From assembly GCA_046583355.1 (NCBI GenBank), contig JAYGCM010000052.1:1-47767 (forward strand): a DNA stretch of 47,767 bases, read 5' to 3'. Made by a program: the position numbers and the translations under genes. This DNA is from Deltaproteobacteria bacterium. GTDB lineage: Bacteria > Desulfobacterota > Binatia > UBA12015. How positions within the stretch are numbered: position 1 is the first letter of the stretch; each line of letters begins with the position of its first letter. The notes beneath the pieces were generated by a model. It was given only the letters and a program-made list of their open reading frames with translations. It was not told where the DNA came from and made no database searches. This document shows, piece after piece, positions 8,984 through 17,422 of the stretch.

Positions 8984-10481
8984 GCAGGGCGAGCGAATCC
9001 GGGCTCCACTCTATTCTGCGGCTGGCGGTGCCGCACTGGCCGTCGCCTTTCTCGCCCCGGATTGGGGCCCGCTGGCCTGGTTCGCCTTTTTGCCGGTCTT
9101 CGTGCTGGCGCCGCGGGCGACTGACCGCCGCGCCGCTGCCCGCATCGGCTTCGCCATGGGCATCACCGTCAATGGTATTCTCGGCACCTGGCTGATCGAG
9201 ACCATCGAGCGCTTCGGCGGCTTCCCCTGGCCGCTGGCCGTATTCTTCTATTGCCTGCTGGTACTTTATACAGGGCTGCCCTTCGCGGCCCTGGGCGCAC
9301 TTTTACGTACCGCGGGACCGCGCGCGCCCTTGCTGCTGGCGCCCGCTTTATGGGTCGCCATCGAGTTCCTCTTTCCCGGCCTTTTTCCGTGGCGACTTGC
9401 CTATTCCCAGCGCGCCTACCCGCTCCTGATCCAATCGGCCGACCTGGCCGGCCCCGGCCTGCTCTCCTTCGTAATGGTGTGGACCACCGCCGCCCTCGCG
9501 CAGGGAGAATGGCGCAAATTGCGGGCACCATTGGCCGCGCTGCTTCTGCTCCTGGCCTATGGCGGCTGGCGAATGGGAGTGATCGAGGCGGAGATCGCCC
9601 ACGCGCCCGGGCTGCAGATCGGCGTCGTCCAAGGCAACCTCTCGCTCGACGAAAAGCACGGCGTTGGGCGCTTAACCGCCAACCTGGCACGCTACCGGAA
9701 GCTCTCGAGCGACCTTAGGCCCGTGCCGGATCTGATCGTCTGGCCCGAGACCGTCATCACTTGGGGAATTGAGCAGGGCCGTGCGCTCGACCCGGTGCGC
9801 GACCCATGGCCGCAGGCCCCCGCCCCCCTCCTCTTCGGCGCCATCTCCTGGCGTAAAGGCGAGGATCGAATGCATTGGTTCAACAGCGTCTTTCTCCGCG
9901 GCCAGGACGGCTCGCTGCAGGGACGTTTCGATAAAATCGTATTGATGCCCTTTGGTGAATTCCTGCCCTTCGCCGATCGTTTCCCCTGGCTACGCGCACT
10001 GAGCCCCCAGACCGCCAACTTCGATGCCGGCACCAACGCCGCCGTCTTTCCCCTGGCCGGCGGGGCCCGGATCGGGCCGGCGATTTGTTACGAAGATATG
10101 CTGCACGATCCGCTCGGCGCTTCGGCCGCCGGCGGGGCCAATATCCTGATCAGTGTCGCCAACGACGCCTGGTACAATCAGAGCGCCGCGCTACTGCTGC
10201 ATGAGACATTGGGAATGTGGCGAGCGGTAGAAAACAGAAGGTTTTTTCTACGTGCGACCAATACCGGGCTCACCTCAGCCATCGACCCGCTCGGCCGCCG
10301 CATCTTCGAGTTGCCGGTCGGCGAGGCCGTCGCCGAAGTCGTCTCCGTCCGGCTTCTGGACGTCGATACGCCCTTCCGGCACGTAGGCAACTCATTGGAT
10401 TGGGCACTACTCCTCCTGGCGCTGGTTCTGCTAGGCTTGACCACGAACCAGAACCGTCGCGCCAACTCTTCTACCTCCTAA
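8943..10481 (+). CDS. lnt: Apolipoprotein N-acyltransferase
   Basis: N-terminal TM helices, VVQGN, and the nitrilase E-K-C triad (WPET, FDKIVLMPFGE, ICYE), plus ANDAWY, RAVENRR, RATNTGLT. Start is uncertain. Confidence 0.93.
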   Translation: MIFFIPATSGPWNKQGERIRAPLYSAAGGAALAVAFLAPDWGPLAWFAFLPVFVLAPRATDRRAAARIGFAMGITVNGILGTWLIETIERFGGFPWPLAVFFYCLLVLYTGLPFAALGALLRTAGPRAPLLLAPALWVAIEFLFPGLFPWRLAYSQRAYPLLIQSADLAGPGLLSFVMVWTTAALAQGEWRKLRAPLAALLLLLAYGGWRMGVIEAEIAHAPGLQIGVVQGNLSLDEKHGVGRLTANLARYRKLSSDLRPVPDLIVWPETVITWGIEQGRALDPVRDPWPQAPAPLLFGAISWRKGEDRMHWFNSVFLRGQDGSLQGRFDKIVLMPFGEFLPFADRFPWLRALSPQTANFDAGTNAAVFPLAGGARIGPAICYEDMLHDPLGASAAGGANILISVANDAWYNQSAALLLHETLGMWRAVENRRFFLRATNTGLTSAIDPLGRRIFELPVGEAVAEVVSVRLLDVDTPFRHVGNSLDWALLLLALVLLGLTTNQNRRANSSTS

Positions 10482-10593
10482 TGGGACGGCGCCGCCGGAC
10501 CGACATTCCGAAAGCCCCCGACACAAGCACCGACGACCGAGCGCAATAGCGACAAGGACGCCGGCTACGCCGCGCGGCATCCGGAGCCAATCC

Positions 10594-12666
10594 ATGTATC
10601 TTGAGTTCTACGGACTCAGCGAAAAGCCTTTTACCCAGACACCCGATCCGCGTTTCCTCTATTGGAACGACGCGTACCGCGAGACCCTCGCGAGCCTGCG
10701 CTACGGGATTCTGGAACGAAAGGGCTTCATCGCCATGGTTGGCGAGGCGGGCACCGGCAAGACCACGCTGCTGCGCAAATTGCTCGACGAGCTCGGCGAC
10801 GAGGTCGTCTCGGTCTTTCTCTTCAACCCCAATGCGACCTTCGAGGAGATACTCGAATACACCCTGAGCGAGCTCGGCATCAGCTCCCCGAGCGGAAAAA
10901 AACTCGCGATGCTGCAACAGCTCAACGAGTTCCTGCTGGCCGCCTTTGCCGAGGGGCGCAACACGATCTTGCTGATCGATGAAGCACAGGACCTCGACCT
11001 TGATGTGCTGGAATCCCTGCGGCTCCTCTCCAATCTCGAAACGGCGCAGGACAAGATCCTCCAGATCGTGCTCTGCGGCCAGCCCGAGCTCGCGGACCGC
11101 CTCGCCGATCCGCGGATCCGACAACTCAAGCAACGCATCGCTGTTCGCTGCCGGCTGGAACCGCTGGCACGCGAAGAACTCCCTCTCTTCCTGGAAGCAC
11201 GGCTCGCCGTCGCCGGCGGAGATGGCTCGCTATTCCTGCCCGAAACCCACGATGCGATCTGGCAATACTCCGACGGCATTCCCCGCCTGATCAATACGGT
11301 CTGCGACAACGCGCTGCTGGTCGGCTATGCGCTCGGACGCAAAACGATCGACCGCGAAGTGCTCGACGAGGTCATCATCGACCTGCAAAAAATCGAACCG
11401 CGCCGCCCGATCCCCTTGCCGGCCGCCCCGGTGGTAGCGCCCCCGCCGGACGAAGCCGCAGAGCCCAAGCAAGCAGAAAATACTCCACCGCCCGAGCCCG
11501 CACCGACATCGAAAAGCCTCCGCAAAGAGGGCGGCGCGGGGCCGAATGATTCGCCGCCCGGCCCGCCCCCGGCCGGAAATTCGCGTTCCCTTGCTGCGGT
11601 TTTGGCTCTCGGCCTACTGCTATTTGCCGCGGTCGCTCTCTTCGGCAACCGGACGCAGGCACCCATTAGGGCCACCGAAACAGCGGTCGCTGGGAACGCC
11701 GCGAAGGCCAGCGCGCCGCAGGATACCGCGACGCATACAGGCGATACCGGGACGGCACCGGTCGCAGCCCTACCGCAGATTCCGCCCGTGCGGACCCTCC
11801 CGGCACCGACCGCGGCCCATCGGGTCGCACTCGCGCCAACGGCGGCGCCCGCACCGGTCCTTTTAGCCGCCGCCAGCACAGCAAGCGGCCCCACCTCACC
11901 GCTCGGAGCACACCAATCCGCCGCAGCACCTGCACCCACGGCGCCACCCAAGCCCACCGCGGCACCCAAGACTACCGCAGCACCCATACCCGCGGCGGCA
12001 CCCGAGCCTGGCGCAGTACCCGCCCCCACGGCGGCACCCAAAGCTAGCGCAGCACCCGCGCCCACCGCAGTACCCACGCCCATAGCGGCACCCACAGCCC
12101 TACCGACCGCGACAGCGATGCCCACAGCCACCGCCGAAAACACGGCGACTCCAAGCCAGCCGGCGGGGACTGCCGTGAGCCTCCCGACCGTCCCCGCCGC
12201 GGCACAAGCGCCCCGAGCCGAACCGACGGCCGTACCCATCCGAGGCAGCCTGCCGCGCCTGGTACGGGTCCACCCCGGCGATACGCTGGCCGAGATGGCC
12301 GCGCGTGTTTACGGGCGCCAGACCTATACCCTGCTCGATCTCCTCGGCGAGGTGAACCCGACGGTCCACGACCCCAGCAGAATCATTGCGGGAGCCGTCC
12401 TGCTCTTCCCCTCGCTGGATGCCCAGACCCGAATCATCATCGCCGAGGGAGGAGCGTTTCAGGTGATCGCCCGCACGACGCCGAGCCTGCGCGAAGCCCT
12501 CGCCACCCAGAAACGATTGCAGACCCGGATGAGCCGCCCCGTCGAGATCCGCACGCTCAGCCTCAAGGACGGTCCGGACCTCTATCGGGTCTTCCTGCGC
12601 ACCTTCGCTAGCGCCGATGAGGCATCGCGAGCGGCCCATGCTCTCGGTCCCGTGTTGCGAAAGTAG
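10594..12666 (+). CDS. ExeA/GspA-like AAA ATPase with TM helix, Pro/Ala/Thr linker, LysM and SPOR-like C-terminal domains
   Basis: MYLEFYGLSEKPF..TPDPRFLY, GEAGTGKT, LIDEAQ, LCGQPEL, GIPRLINTVCDNALL. TM SLAAVLALGLLLFAAVALFG. LysM VHPGDTLAEMAARVYG...NP...IIAG..L. SPOR-like LYRVFLRTFASADEA. Confidence 0.88.
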   Translation: MYLEFYGLSEKPFTQTPDPRFLYWNDAYRETLASLRYGILERKGFIAMVGEAGTGKTTLLRKLLDELGDEVVSVFLFNPNATFEEILEYTLSELGISSPSGKKLAMLQQLNEFLLAAFAEGRNTILLIDEAQDLDLDVLESLRLLSNLETAQDKILQIVLCGQPELADRLADPRIRQLKQRIAVRCRLEPLAREELPLFLEARLAVAGGDGSLFLPETHDAIWQYSDGIPRLINTVCDNALLVGYALGRKTIDREVLDEVIIDLQKIEPRRPIPLPAAPVVAPPPDEAAEPKQAENTPPPEPAPTSKSLRKEGGAGPNDSPPGPPPAGNSRSLAAVLALGLLLFAAVALFGNRTQAPIRATETAVAGNAAKASAPQDTATHTGDTGTAPVAALPQIPPVRTLPAPTAAHRVALAPTAAPAPVLLAAASTASGPTSPLGAHQSAAAPAPTAPPKPTAAPKTTAAPIPAAAPEPGAVPAPTAAPKASAAPAPTAVPTPIAAPTALPTATAMPTATAENTATPSQPAGTAVSLPTVPAAAQAPRAEPTAVPIRGSLPRLVRVHPGDTLAEMAARVYGRQTYTLLDLLGEVNPTVHDPSRIIAGAVLLFPSLDAQTRIIIAEGGAFQVIARTTPSLREALATQKRLQTRMSRPVEIRTLSLKDGPDLYRVFLRTFASADEASRAAHALGPVLRK
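11920..12135 (+). repeat. Degenerate 18-nt/6-aa Pro-Thr-Ala-rich repeats
   Basis: APAPTAPPKPTAAPKTTAAPIPAAAPEPGAVPAPTAAPKASAAPAPTAVPTPIAAPTALPTATAMPTATA. Confidence 0.8.
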
Positions 12667-12776
12667 GGACGTTTTCCCCCGCAGCCTCGTGGTTTTGCAC
12701 GATTCAGCCGATAGTTCGCATGGATGCACCAATTTCCAAACACTATCGACCCTGCGCTGAAGCGAAAGAGTATTGA

Positions 12777-12796
12777 GTTTCCACAGGATTTCCACA
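12777..12796 (+). promoter_or_regulatory. Direct repeat TTTCCACA x2 (11-nt period) just upstream of the sigma-54 promoter
   Basis: GTTTCCACA-GG-ATTTCCACA. Each copy has one mismatch to the DnaA-box consensus TTWTNCACA; function unknown. Confidence 0.3.
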
Positions 12797-12814
12797 ATCC
12801 CGCCCTGCGGGCAA

Positions 12815-12830
12815 TGGCTTCACTTTTGCA
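12815..12830 (+). promoter_or_regulatory. Sigma-54 (-24/-12) promoter of the polysaccharide operon
   Basis: TGGCTTCACTTTTGCA: GG at 12816-12817, 10-nt spacer, GC at 12828-12829. It lies in the ~280-nt intergenic region before wza. Confidence 0.75.
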
Positions 12831-12945
12831 GCTTCGCGGAATGGCGGAGGAGCGTTTCGGGGATGGTTCTCGGACCCGCGCTTCAACTTTGAACGAGCCT
12901 TGCACCGCAACAACCGTTAAGAAGAGTTTCCGGAGAGAAGCGGAT

Positions 12946-13722
12946 TTGATCATTCCAAGCACCATATCAGGGAAAACCCCTAGTTTTCTTTGCGCCGCGA
13001 AAGCGGCCGCGTTTGTTCTGGCATTGCTCGCCATGGGCTGCGGCCCGAGCGTCAGCCAGCAGCGCGCGCTGATGATGATGGCCCAGGTTCCGGCCGAACA
13101 AACCAGTCCGGGCGCCCTGCTCCCGGAACAGGTCGACACTCTCAGCTACCGCCTCGCGCCCGGCGATCTGATCGACGTGAAGTTCATGCACCACCCCGAA
13201 GAAAATGAGCGCACGCCTCTACGCCCCGACGGCCTGATCTCCCTGCAAACCGCCGGCGATATCAGCGCTGCCGGCCTCACGGTTGCCGAGTTGGAGCGCC
13301 TGATCGTCGAGAAGTCTTCGGTCAGCCTGCGTAATCCGGTCGTCAGCGTCATCATCGCGCAGCTTGCCGAGCACAAAGTTTATGTCGGAGGCGATGTAAA
13401 CCGCCCCGGCTTCGTGAACTACCGCGATGGGCTCACGCCTCTCCAGGCGGTAATCGAACGTGGCGGGTTCACCGATACCGCCATGATGGAAGAAGTCCTC
13501 TACGTGACCCGCATGGGCGGCGAGATCCAGACGCAACGTCTCGATCTGGAAGCTGTCATCCAAGGCGATTCACCTGGAGAAATCTATATGGCCCCTGACG
13601 ATATCGTCTTCGTCCCCAAGACGTTCATCGGCAAGGCCAATATTTGGGTCGACCAATGGATCCGCGGCTTGCTACCAACGGTACCGCGGCCTGGCTTCGA
13701 CCTGAACGCCCTTGCCTTTTAG
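12946..13722 (+). CDS. wza: Outer-membrane polysaccharide export lipoprotein (short Wza/OPX)
   Basis: Lipobox LLAMGC, Poly_export YRLAPGDLIDV...RPDGLISL..G.I.AAGLT, SLBB VYVGGDVNRPG, PDDIVFVP. TTG 12946 follows GGAG; an alternative in-frame ATG is at 12841. Confidence 0.88.
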   Translation: MIIPSTISGKTPSFLCAAKAAAFVLALLAMGCGPSVSQQRALMMMAQVPAEQTSPGALLPEQVDTLSYRLAPGDLIDVKFMHHPEENERTPLRPDGLISLQTAGDISAAGLTVAELERLIVEKSSVSLRNPVVSVIIAQLAEHKVYVGGDVNRPGFVNYRDGLTPLQAVIERGGFTDTAMMEEVLYVTRMGGEIQTQRLDLEAVIQGDSPGEIYMAPDDIVFVPKTFIGKANIWVDQWIRGLLPTVPRPGFDLNALAF

Positions 13723-13747
13723 ACAGAATCATCCCTTGGAGACATGA

Positions 13748-14929
13748 GTGGGTAAAACTTACGAAGCGCTGAAGCGGGCAGAAGCCGAGCGCCGCGCCAA
13801 CCTCGAGAAGGCGAAGAAAGCCGCTGCGCAAGCAGCAAGCCCTGCGACCGTCGAGGCGACACCCGCCGCAGAGTCACCCGTAACACCGGTAGAGTCGGTG
13901 CACGCCACCCCACCGCAAGGACGGGGCGCGACTGCCGCAGAGTCGGTGATCGAGCCTTCCTTGGACCCCGATGACGACGAGGCCTTCGCGAACCTGCCGG
14001 TGCCCAGCAGCACCCGGAGTTGGTCGAAGATCAGCGACCGCCTGCGCCGCTGGGGCACCAACGGGAATGGCAATGGCAATGGCAACGGGAATGGCAATGG
14101 CAATGGCAATGGCAACGGCAACGGCAACGGCAATGGCCGGAGCAACGGCAATGGCAACGGCCGGAGCAACGGCAACGGCCAGCACCAGGGCAACGGCTTC
14201 GCCAACGGCAGCCGGACCTTCCACGGTCGCAACCATTTCAGTTTCGACGTGCCGCCGACTACGGTCGAAGAGTTCCAGCAACTGCGCAAAAATATCATGG
14301 CCGCGCGCTCAGCCCGCCCGCCCCAACTCATGCTGGTGGTGAGTTCCCGCCACGGCGAGGGAGTCACGACCACAACCGCCCTGCTCGGTTCCACCATGGC
14401 ACAAGGCGGCCGCTGTCTGGTGATTGACGCGAATTTCCGCACACCGGGCCTCACCAACGTCTTCGGCGGCGAGACCCGCACGGGACTCTGCGAAGCTCTG
14501 GCCGACGGTGGCGACGGCTCTTCCCACATCCACCCGACGGATCTGCCCAACCTTTATTTCATGCCCACCGGCATCGGCCCCATGCGCGTCCCCTATATGT
14601 TCGAGGGGCGTTCCTTCGACGACCTCCTCAGTTCGTTGCGCAAAGATTTCGACACCATCCTGATCGACGGCGCGCCGATGGAGATGTACGCCGACAGCGC
14701 CTACCTGGCGCCCCGCACCGATGGCGTCATCGTGGTCATCCAGGCCGAAACGACGCCGGTGAGCGCACCGGCGATCTCGCTGCGTGAACTCGAGCGCGTG
14801 AGCGCACCCATTCTCGGCGCTGTACTCAACCGCACACAGACCTATATCCCCGAAGCCCTGACCCGCCTGACCAACCCGCAGGAAGTCATCGAAGTCGCCG
14901 TGATCCCCAACGCGGAGGACCGGCCGTGA
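13748..14929 (+). CDS. CpsD/CapB-family BY-kinase-like protein (probable pseudokinase) with low-complexity N-terminal extension
   Basis: N-terminal MGKTYEALKRAE, EEFQQLRKNI, Walker A-like SSRHGEGVTTT, A' LVIDANFRTP, Walker B ILIDGAP, DGVIVVIQAE, LGAVLN. Confidence 0.85.
   Translation: MGKTYEALKRAEAERRANLEKAKKAAAQAASPATVEATPAAESPVTPVESVHATPPQGRGATAAESVIEPSLDPDDDEAFANLPVPSSTRSWSKISDRLRRWGTNGNGNGNGNGNGNGNGNGNGNGNGNGRSNGNGNGRSNGNGQHQGNGFANGSRTFHGRNHFSFDVPPTTVEEFQQLRKNIMAARSARPPQLMLVVSSRHGEGVTTTTALLGSTMAQGGRCLVIDANFRTPGLTNVFGGETRTGLCEALADGGDGSSHIHPTDLPNLYFMPTGIGPMRVPYMFEGRSFDDLLSSLRKDFDTILIDGAPMEMYADSAYLAPRTDGVIVVIQAETTPVSAPAISLRELERVSAPILGAVLNRTQTYIPEALTRLTNPQEVIEVAVIPNAEDRP
14060..14179 (+). 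repeat. Hexanucleotide AAYGGS repeat encoding (NG)13-RS-(NG)3-RS-(NG)2
   Basis: Direct reading: 13 AAC/AAT-GGC/GGG units at 14060-14137, then CGGAGC-interrupted blocks. Confidence 0.95.
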
Positions 14930-16353
14930 ACGAAGCCGCGCGCGAATTTCTGCATATCCTCTTCAAGCGCAAGCGCTTCATCGTAACGACCTTCCTGGTG
15001 GTTGCGGTGCCGATCATCATCTTCACGCTGCTGCGACCGCCGACCTATATGGCACGCGCCAAACTGCTCGTCGTCGGCAGCCGCTCCTACCTGCACCTCT
15101 CGCCGCAGGAGACCCGCAAAACCACCCAGATTCCCGAAGCACAGGTGCTCTTCGCCGAGGTCGAGAACCTCTCGAACCGTAGCTTCCTGCTCAAGGCGGC
15201 CAACCGCCTACAGGTCGAATTGATCGACCCCGTGCCGGCCGACCCCGAGATCCGCGCGCGCCGCACGGCGGCCGCAATCCGTCGCGGCCTCCAGGTGACG
15301 CCCTTTCCCAAAACGCCGATGATCGAACTCGCTTTCGAACATCCAGACAAGAACATCGCGGCAGCCGTCGTGAATACGCTTGCCGATACCTACATCGAGT
15401 ACCATCCGAGCCTCTATGAGTCTCCGCAGGTCGCGAAATTCTATCAGAAGCGCCGCGTCTCCCTGGCGGGAAAATTGCGCGGCGCCGAAGCCTCATTGGA
15501 TATCTTCCAGCGCGAGACCGGCATTGTCGACCTCGAGCAGCAACTCGACGAATCCGTCCGCCAGATGATGGCCGCGGAACTCTCCCTGCGCGAGACCAAA
15601 GTACAGATCGACCAATCCGACCACCTCATGCTGGAGCTGAACCATTCGCTCGAAGTCGAGCCGGAACGCATTGCCAGCGATGTCAATATGGTCAACAATC
15701 CGATCGCCCGTGCACTCGAAGAGCGCATCGGCATCCTCACGGTAGAGCTCTCCGAGCTGCGCCAGAAGTACACCAACAACGATCGGCGCGTCAGCGACAA
15801 ACAACGTCAGATCGCCGAGCTCCGCGGCCGTGTCAGCGAACTCGCGCCACGAATCATCGGCACCGAACGATTCGAGCGCAACCCGGTCCGACAGGATATC
15901 GTCGAAGAATTGCACCGCGCACGGGCGAATCGCGAGGCCCTCCTCGCCAAACGCTCGGGCATGGAAAGTATGACCGTTGACTACCGCGCACGGATTCACC
16001 AAATCGATGCCTCGGCCAGCCGAATGCGAGAATTGGAAGCCACGGTCCGGCAGAGTCGCACTGCTCTCGACCTCGCCGTCAAACGCAGCCAGGAAGCCGA
16101 GCTCTCGCTTCAGATGAGCGCCGACAAACTCGATTCCATTCGTATCGTCGACCGCGCCCAGCCGCCGGCCAAGCCCTACGGCCAGAACAAATCTCTGACT
16201 TTCATCGTGGCACTCATCGCGGGTGCCGGCCTCGGCATCGCCGGCGCATTCGGCCTCGAATTCCTTTACCAGACCTACCATTTCGCCTCGGACGTGGAGC
16301 GAGAACTCGAACTCCCCGTGCTGGGCCTGATCTCGGATATCCGCGCTCACTGA
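14926..16353 (+). CDS. Polysaccharide co-polymerase (GumC/Wzc N-terminal, chain-length determinant)
   Basis: N-terminal TM with PPTYMARAKLLV, long coiled-coil region, C-terminal IVDRAQPPAKP + TM + DVERELELPVLG. No fused kinase domain. Confidence 0.88.
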   Translation: MNEAAREFLHILFKRKRFIVTTFLVVAVPIIIFTLLRPPTYMARAKLLVVGSRSYLHLSPQETRKTTQIPEAQVLFAEVENLSNRSFLLKAANRLQVELIDPVPADPEIRARRTAAAIRRGLQVTPFPKTPMIELAFEHPDKNIAAAVVNTLADTYIEYHPSLYESPQVAKFYQKRRVSLAGKLRGAEASLDIFQRETGIVDLEQQLDESVRQMMAAELSLRETKVQIDQSDHLMLELNHSLEVEPERIASDVNMVNNPIARALEERIGILTVELSELRQKYTNNDRRVSDKQRQIAELRGRVSELAPRIIGTERFERNPVRQDIVEELHRARANREALLAKRSGMESMTVDYRARIHQIDASASRMRELEATVRQSRTALDLAVKRSQEAELSLQMSADKLDSIRIVDRAQPPAKPYGQNKSLTFIVALIAGAGLGIAGAFGLEFLYQTYHFASDVERELELPVLGLISDIRAH

Positions 16354-16356
16354 CCC

Positions 16357-16378
16357 CCTGATTCCCTTCCCCTTTCCG
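16357..16378 (+). repeat. Intergenic 22-nt pyrimidine-rich motif, copy 1
   Basis: CCTGATTCCCTTCCCCTTTCCG, 21/22 identical to 26411-26432. Confidence 0.8.
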
Positions 16379-16405
16379 CGCGCGCTCAACCCCGGAGGCG
16401 CGATC

Positions 16406-17422
16406 ATTCGCAACACAATTTCCAATCTGGCCAAATCCGCGATCCACCATGGTGGCATCGCGCATCTGGCGCGTACATGCCTTGGCCGCCGTGCGGTCAT
16501 CCTGCGCTACCACTCCGTCAGCACGGAGGCCGATGGCACACACCTCTGCCTCGACCCCGGCTTGGCCGTCACCCCCGACGGCTTCGACCGGCAATGTGCC
16601 TATTTAGCCAAGCATTATAACGTCATCACCCTCGACGAGATGGTCGATCGACTCGCCGCAGGAGAACCGCAACCGCCGCGCGCCATCGTGCTGACCTTTG
16701 ATGATGGCTACCTCGACAATTACACGCAGGCCTTCCCCATTCTCCAGCGCCACGGGCTGAACGGGACTTTCTACGTGACGACGAATTGCATCGACAATCG
16801 CGAACTCTTCTGGGTCGGACTCTTGCGCTTCGTGATCTTCACCAGCCGCGTGCCCGTCTTGGAGACACACGACCCGATCGCTTTCCGATTCCCTCTGGGG
16901 GATGCCGTGGAGCGCAAAGAGGCGTTCACCAAGCTCGTCGTCACCATGAAGAATATTCCCACCGCGAAACGCCTAGCCTTGTTGGAGGCCGTTCGAGCCG
17001 CAGGTGAAATTGAAGATCTCAGCCCGCTGCGCAATAGCATGATGACCTGGGACCAGGTCCGCGAGATGCACGACGCCGGGATGACCTTCGGAGCCCATAC
17101 CCTCACCCACCCCAACCTGCCGAACGCGACCTTCGAGGAGGCCCAGCGCGAGATCACCGGCTCCAAGGAGGCCCTGGAAGCGGAGATCCACACCCGCGTC
17201 CGACATTTTTCCTATCCGAACGGGCGTGGCAGCGCGCATCTCACCGACGCCGTAAAGGGCATCGTGCGCGACGCCGGCTTCGACTCCTCGACGACCTCGC
17301 TCACCGGTAGCGTCCAGGAGGGCGACGATGCCTTCGCCCTCCAGCGCGTCGGCGTCTACAGCCGCCACTGCTATTTGCCGGACTTCACGCTCGGCATCGA
17401 ACGGGGCAAGTTGCAGACGTGA
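16406..17422 (+). CDS. Polysaccharide deacetylase (NodB homology/CE4), probably starting at a non-canonical ATT
   Basis: TFDDGY, FGAHTLTHP, FSYPNG motifs. The family motif AVILRYHSV lies upstream of the ORF-track TTG (16562). GGAGG at 16394-16398 precedes in-frame ATC/ATT at 16403/16406. Confidence 0.85.
   Translation: MRNTISNLAKSAIHHGGIAHLARTCLGRRAVILRYHSVSTEADGTHLCLDPGLAVTPDGFDRQCAYLAKHYNVITLDEMVDRLAAGEPQPPRAIVLTFDDGYLDNYTQAFPILQRHGLNGTFYVTTNCIDNRELFWVGLLRFVIFTSRVPVLETHDPIAFRFPLGDAVERKEAFTKLVVTMKNIPTAKRLALLEAVRAAGEIEDLSPLRNSMMTWDQVREMHDAGMTFGAHTLTHPNLPNATFEEAQREITGSKEALEAEIHTRVRHFSYPNGRGSAHLTDAVKGIVRDAGFDSSTTSLTGSVQEGDDAFALQRVGVYSRHCYLPDFTLGIERGKLQT

Noticed and set aside
12777..12796. DnaA-box-like pair suggesting a replication origin
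   Set aside because: Only two imperfect boxes, with no AT-rich unwinding element or origin-linked genes. Kept only as a possible operator.
12667..12945. Possible c-di-GMP riboswitch or ops/JUMPstart element in the wza leader
   Set aside because: Only fragmentary similarity (GCGAAAGAGT; GGCGGAGGAGCG). The required stems and the GGCGGTAG consensus are not present.
14060..14179. Repeats as a possible CRISPR array
   Set aside because: Short in-frame coding repeats with no spacers and no cas genes. The same applies to 6081-6138.
14020..14427. Alternative-frame ORFs with WQWQ, MAMA or LPLP repeats
   Set aside because: These are other frames of the NG hexamer repeat. Synonymous variation fits the Asn-Gly frame.
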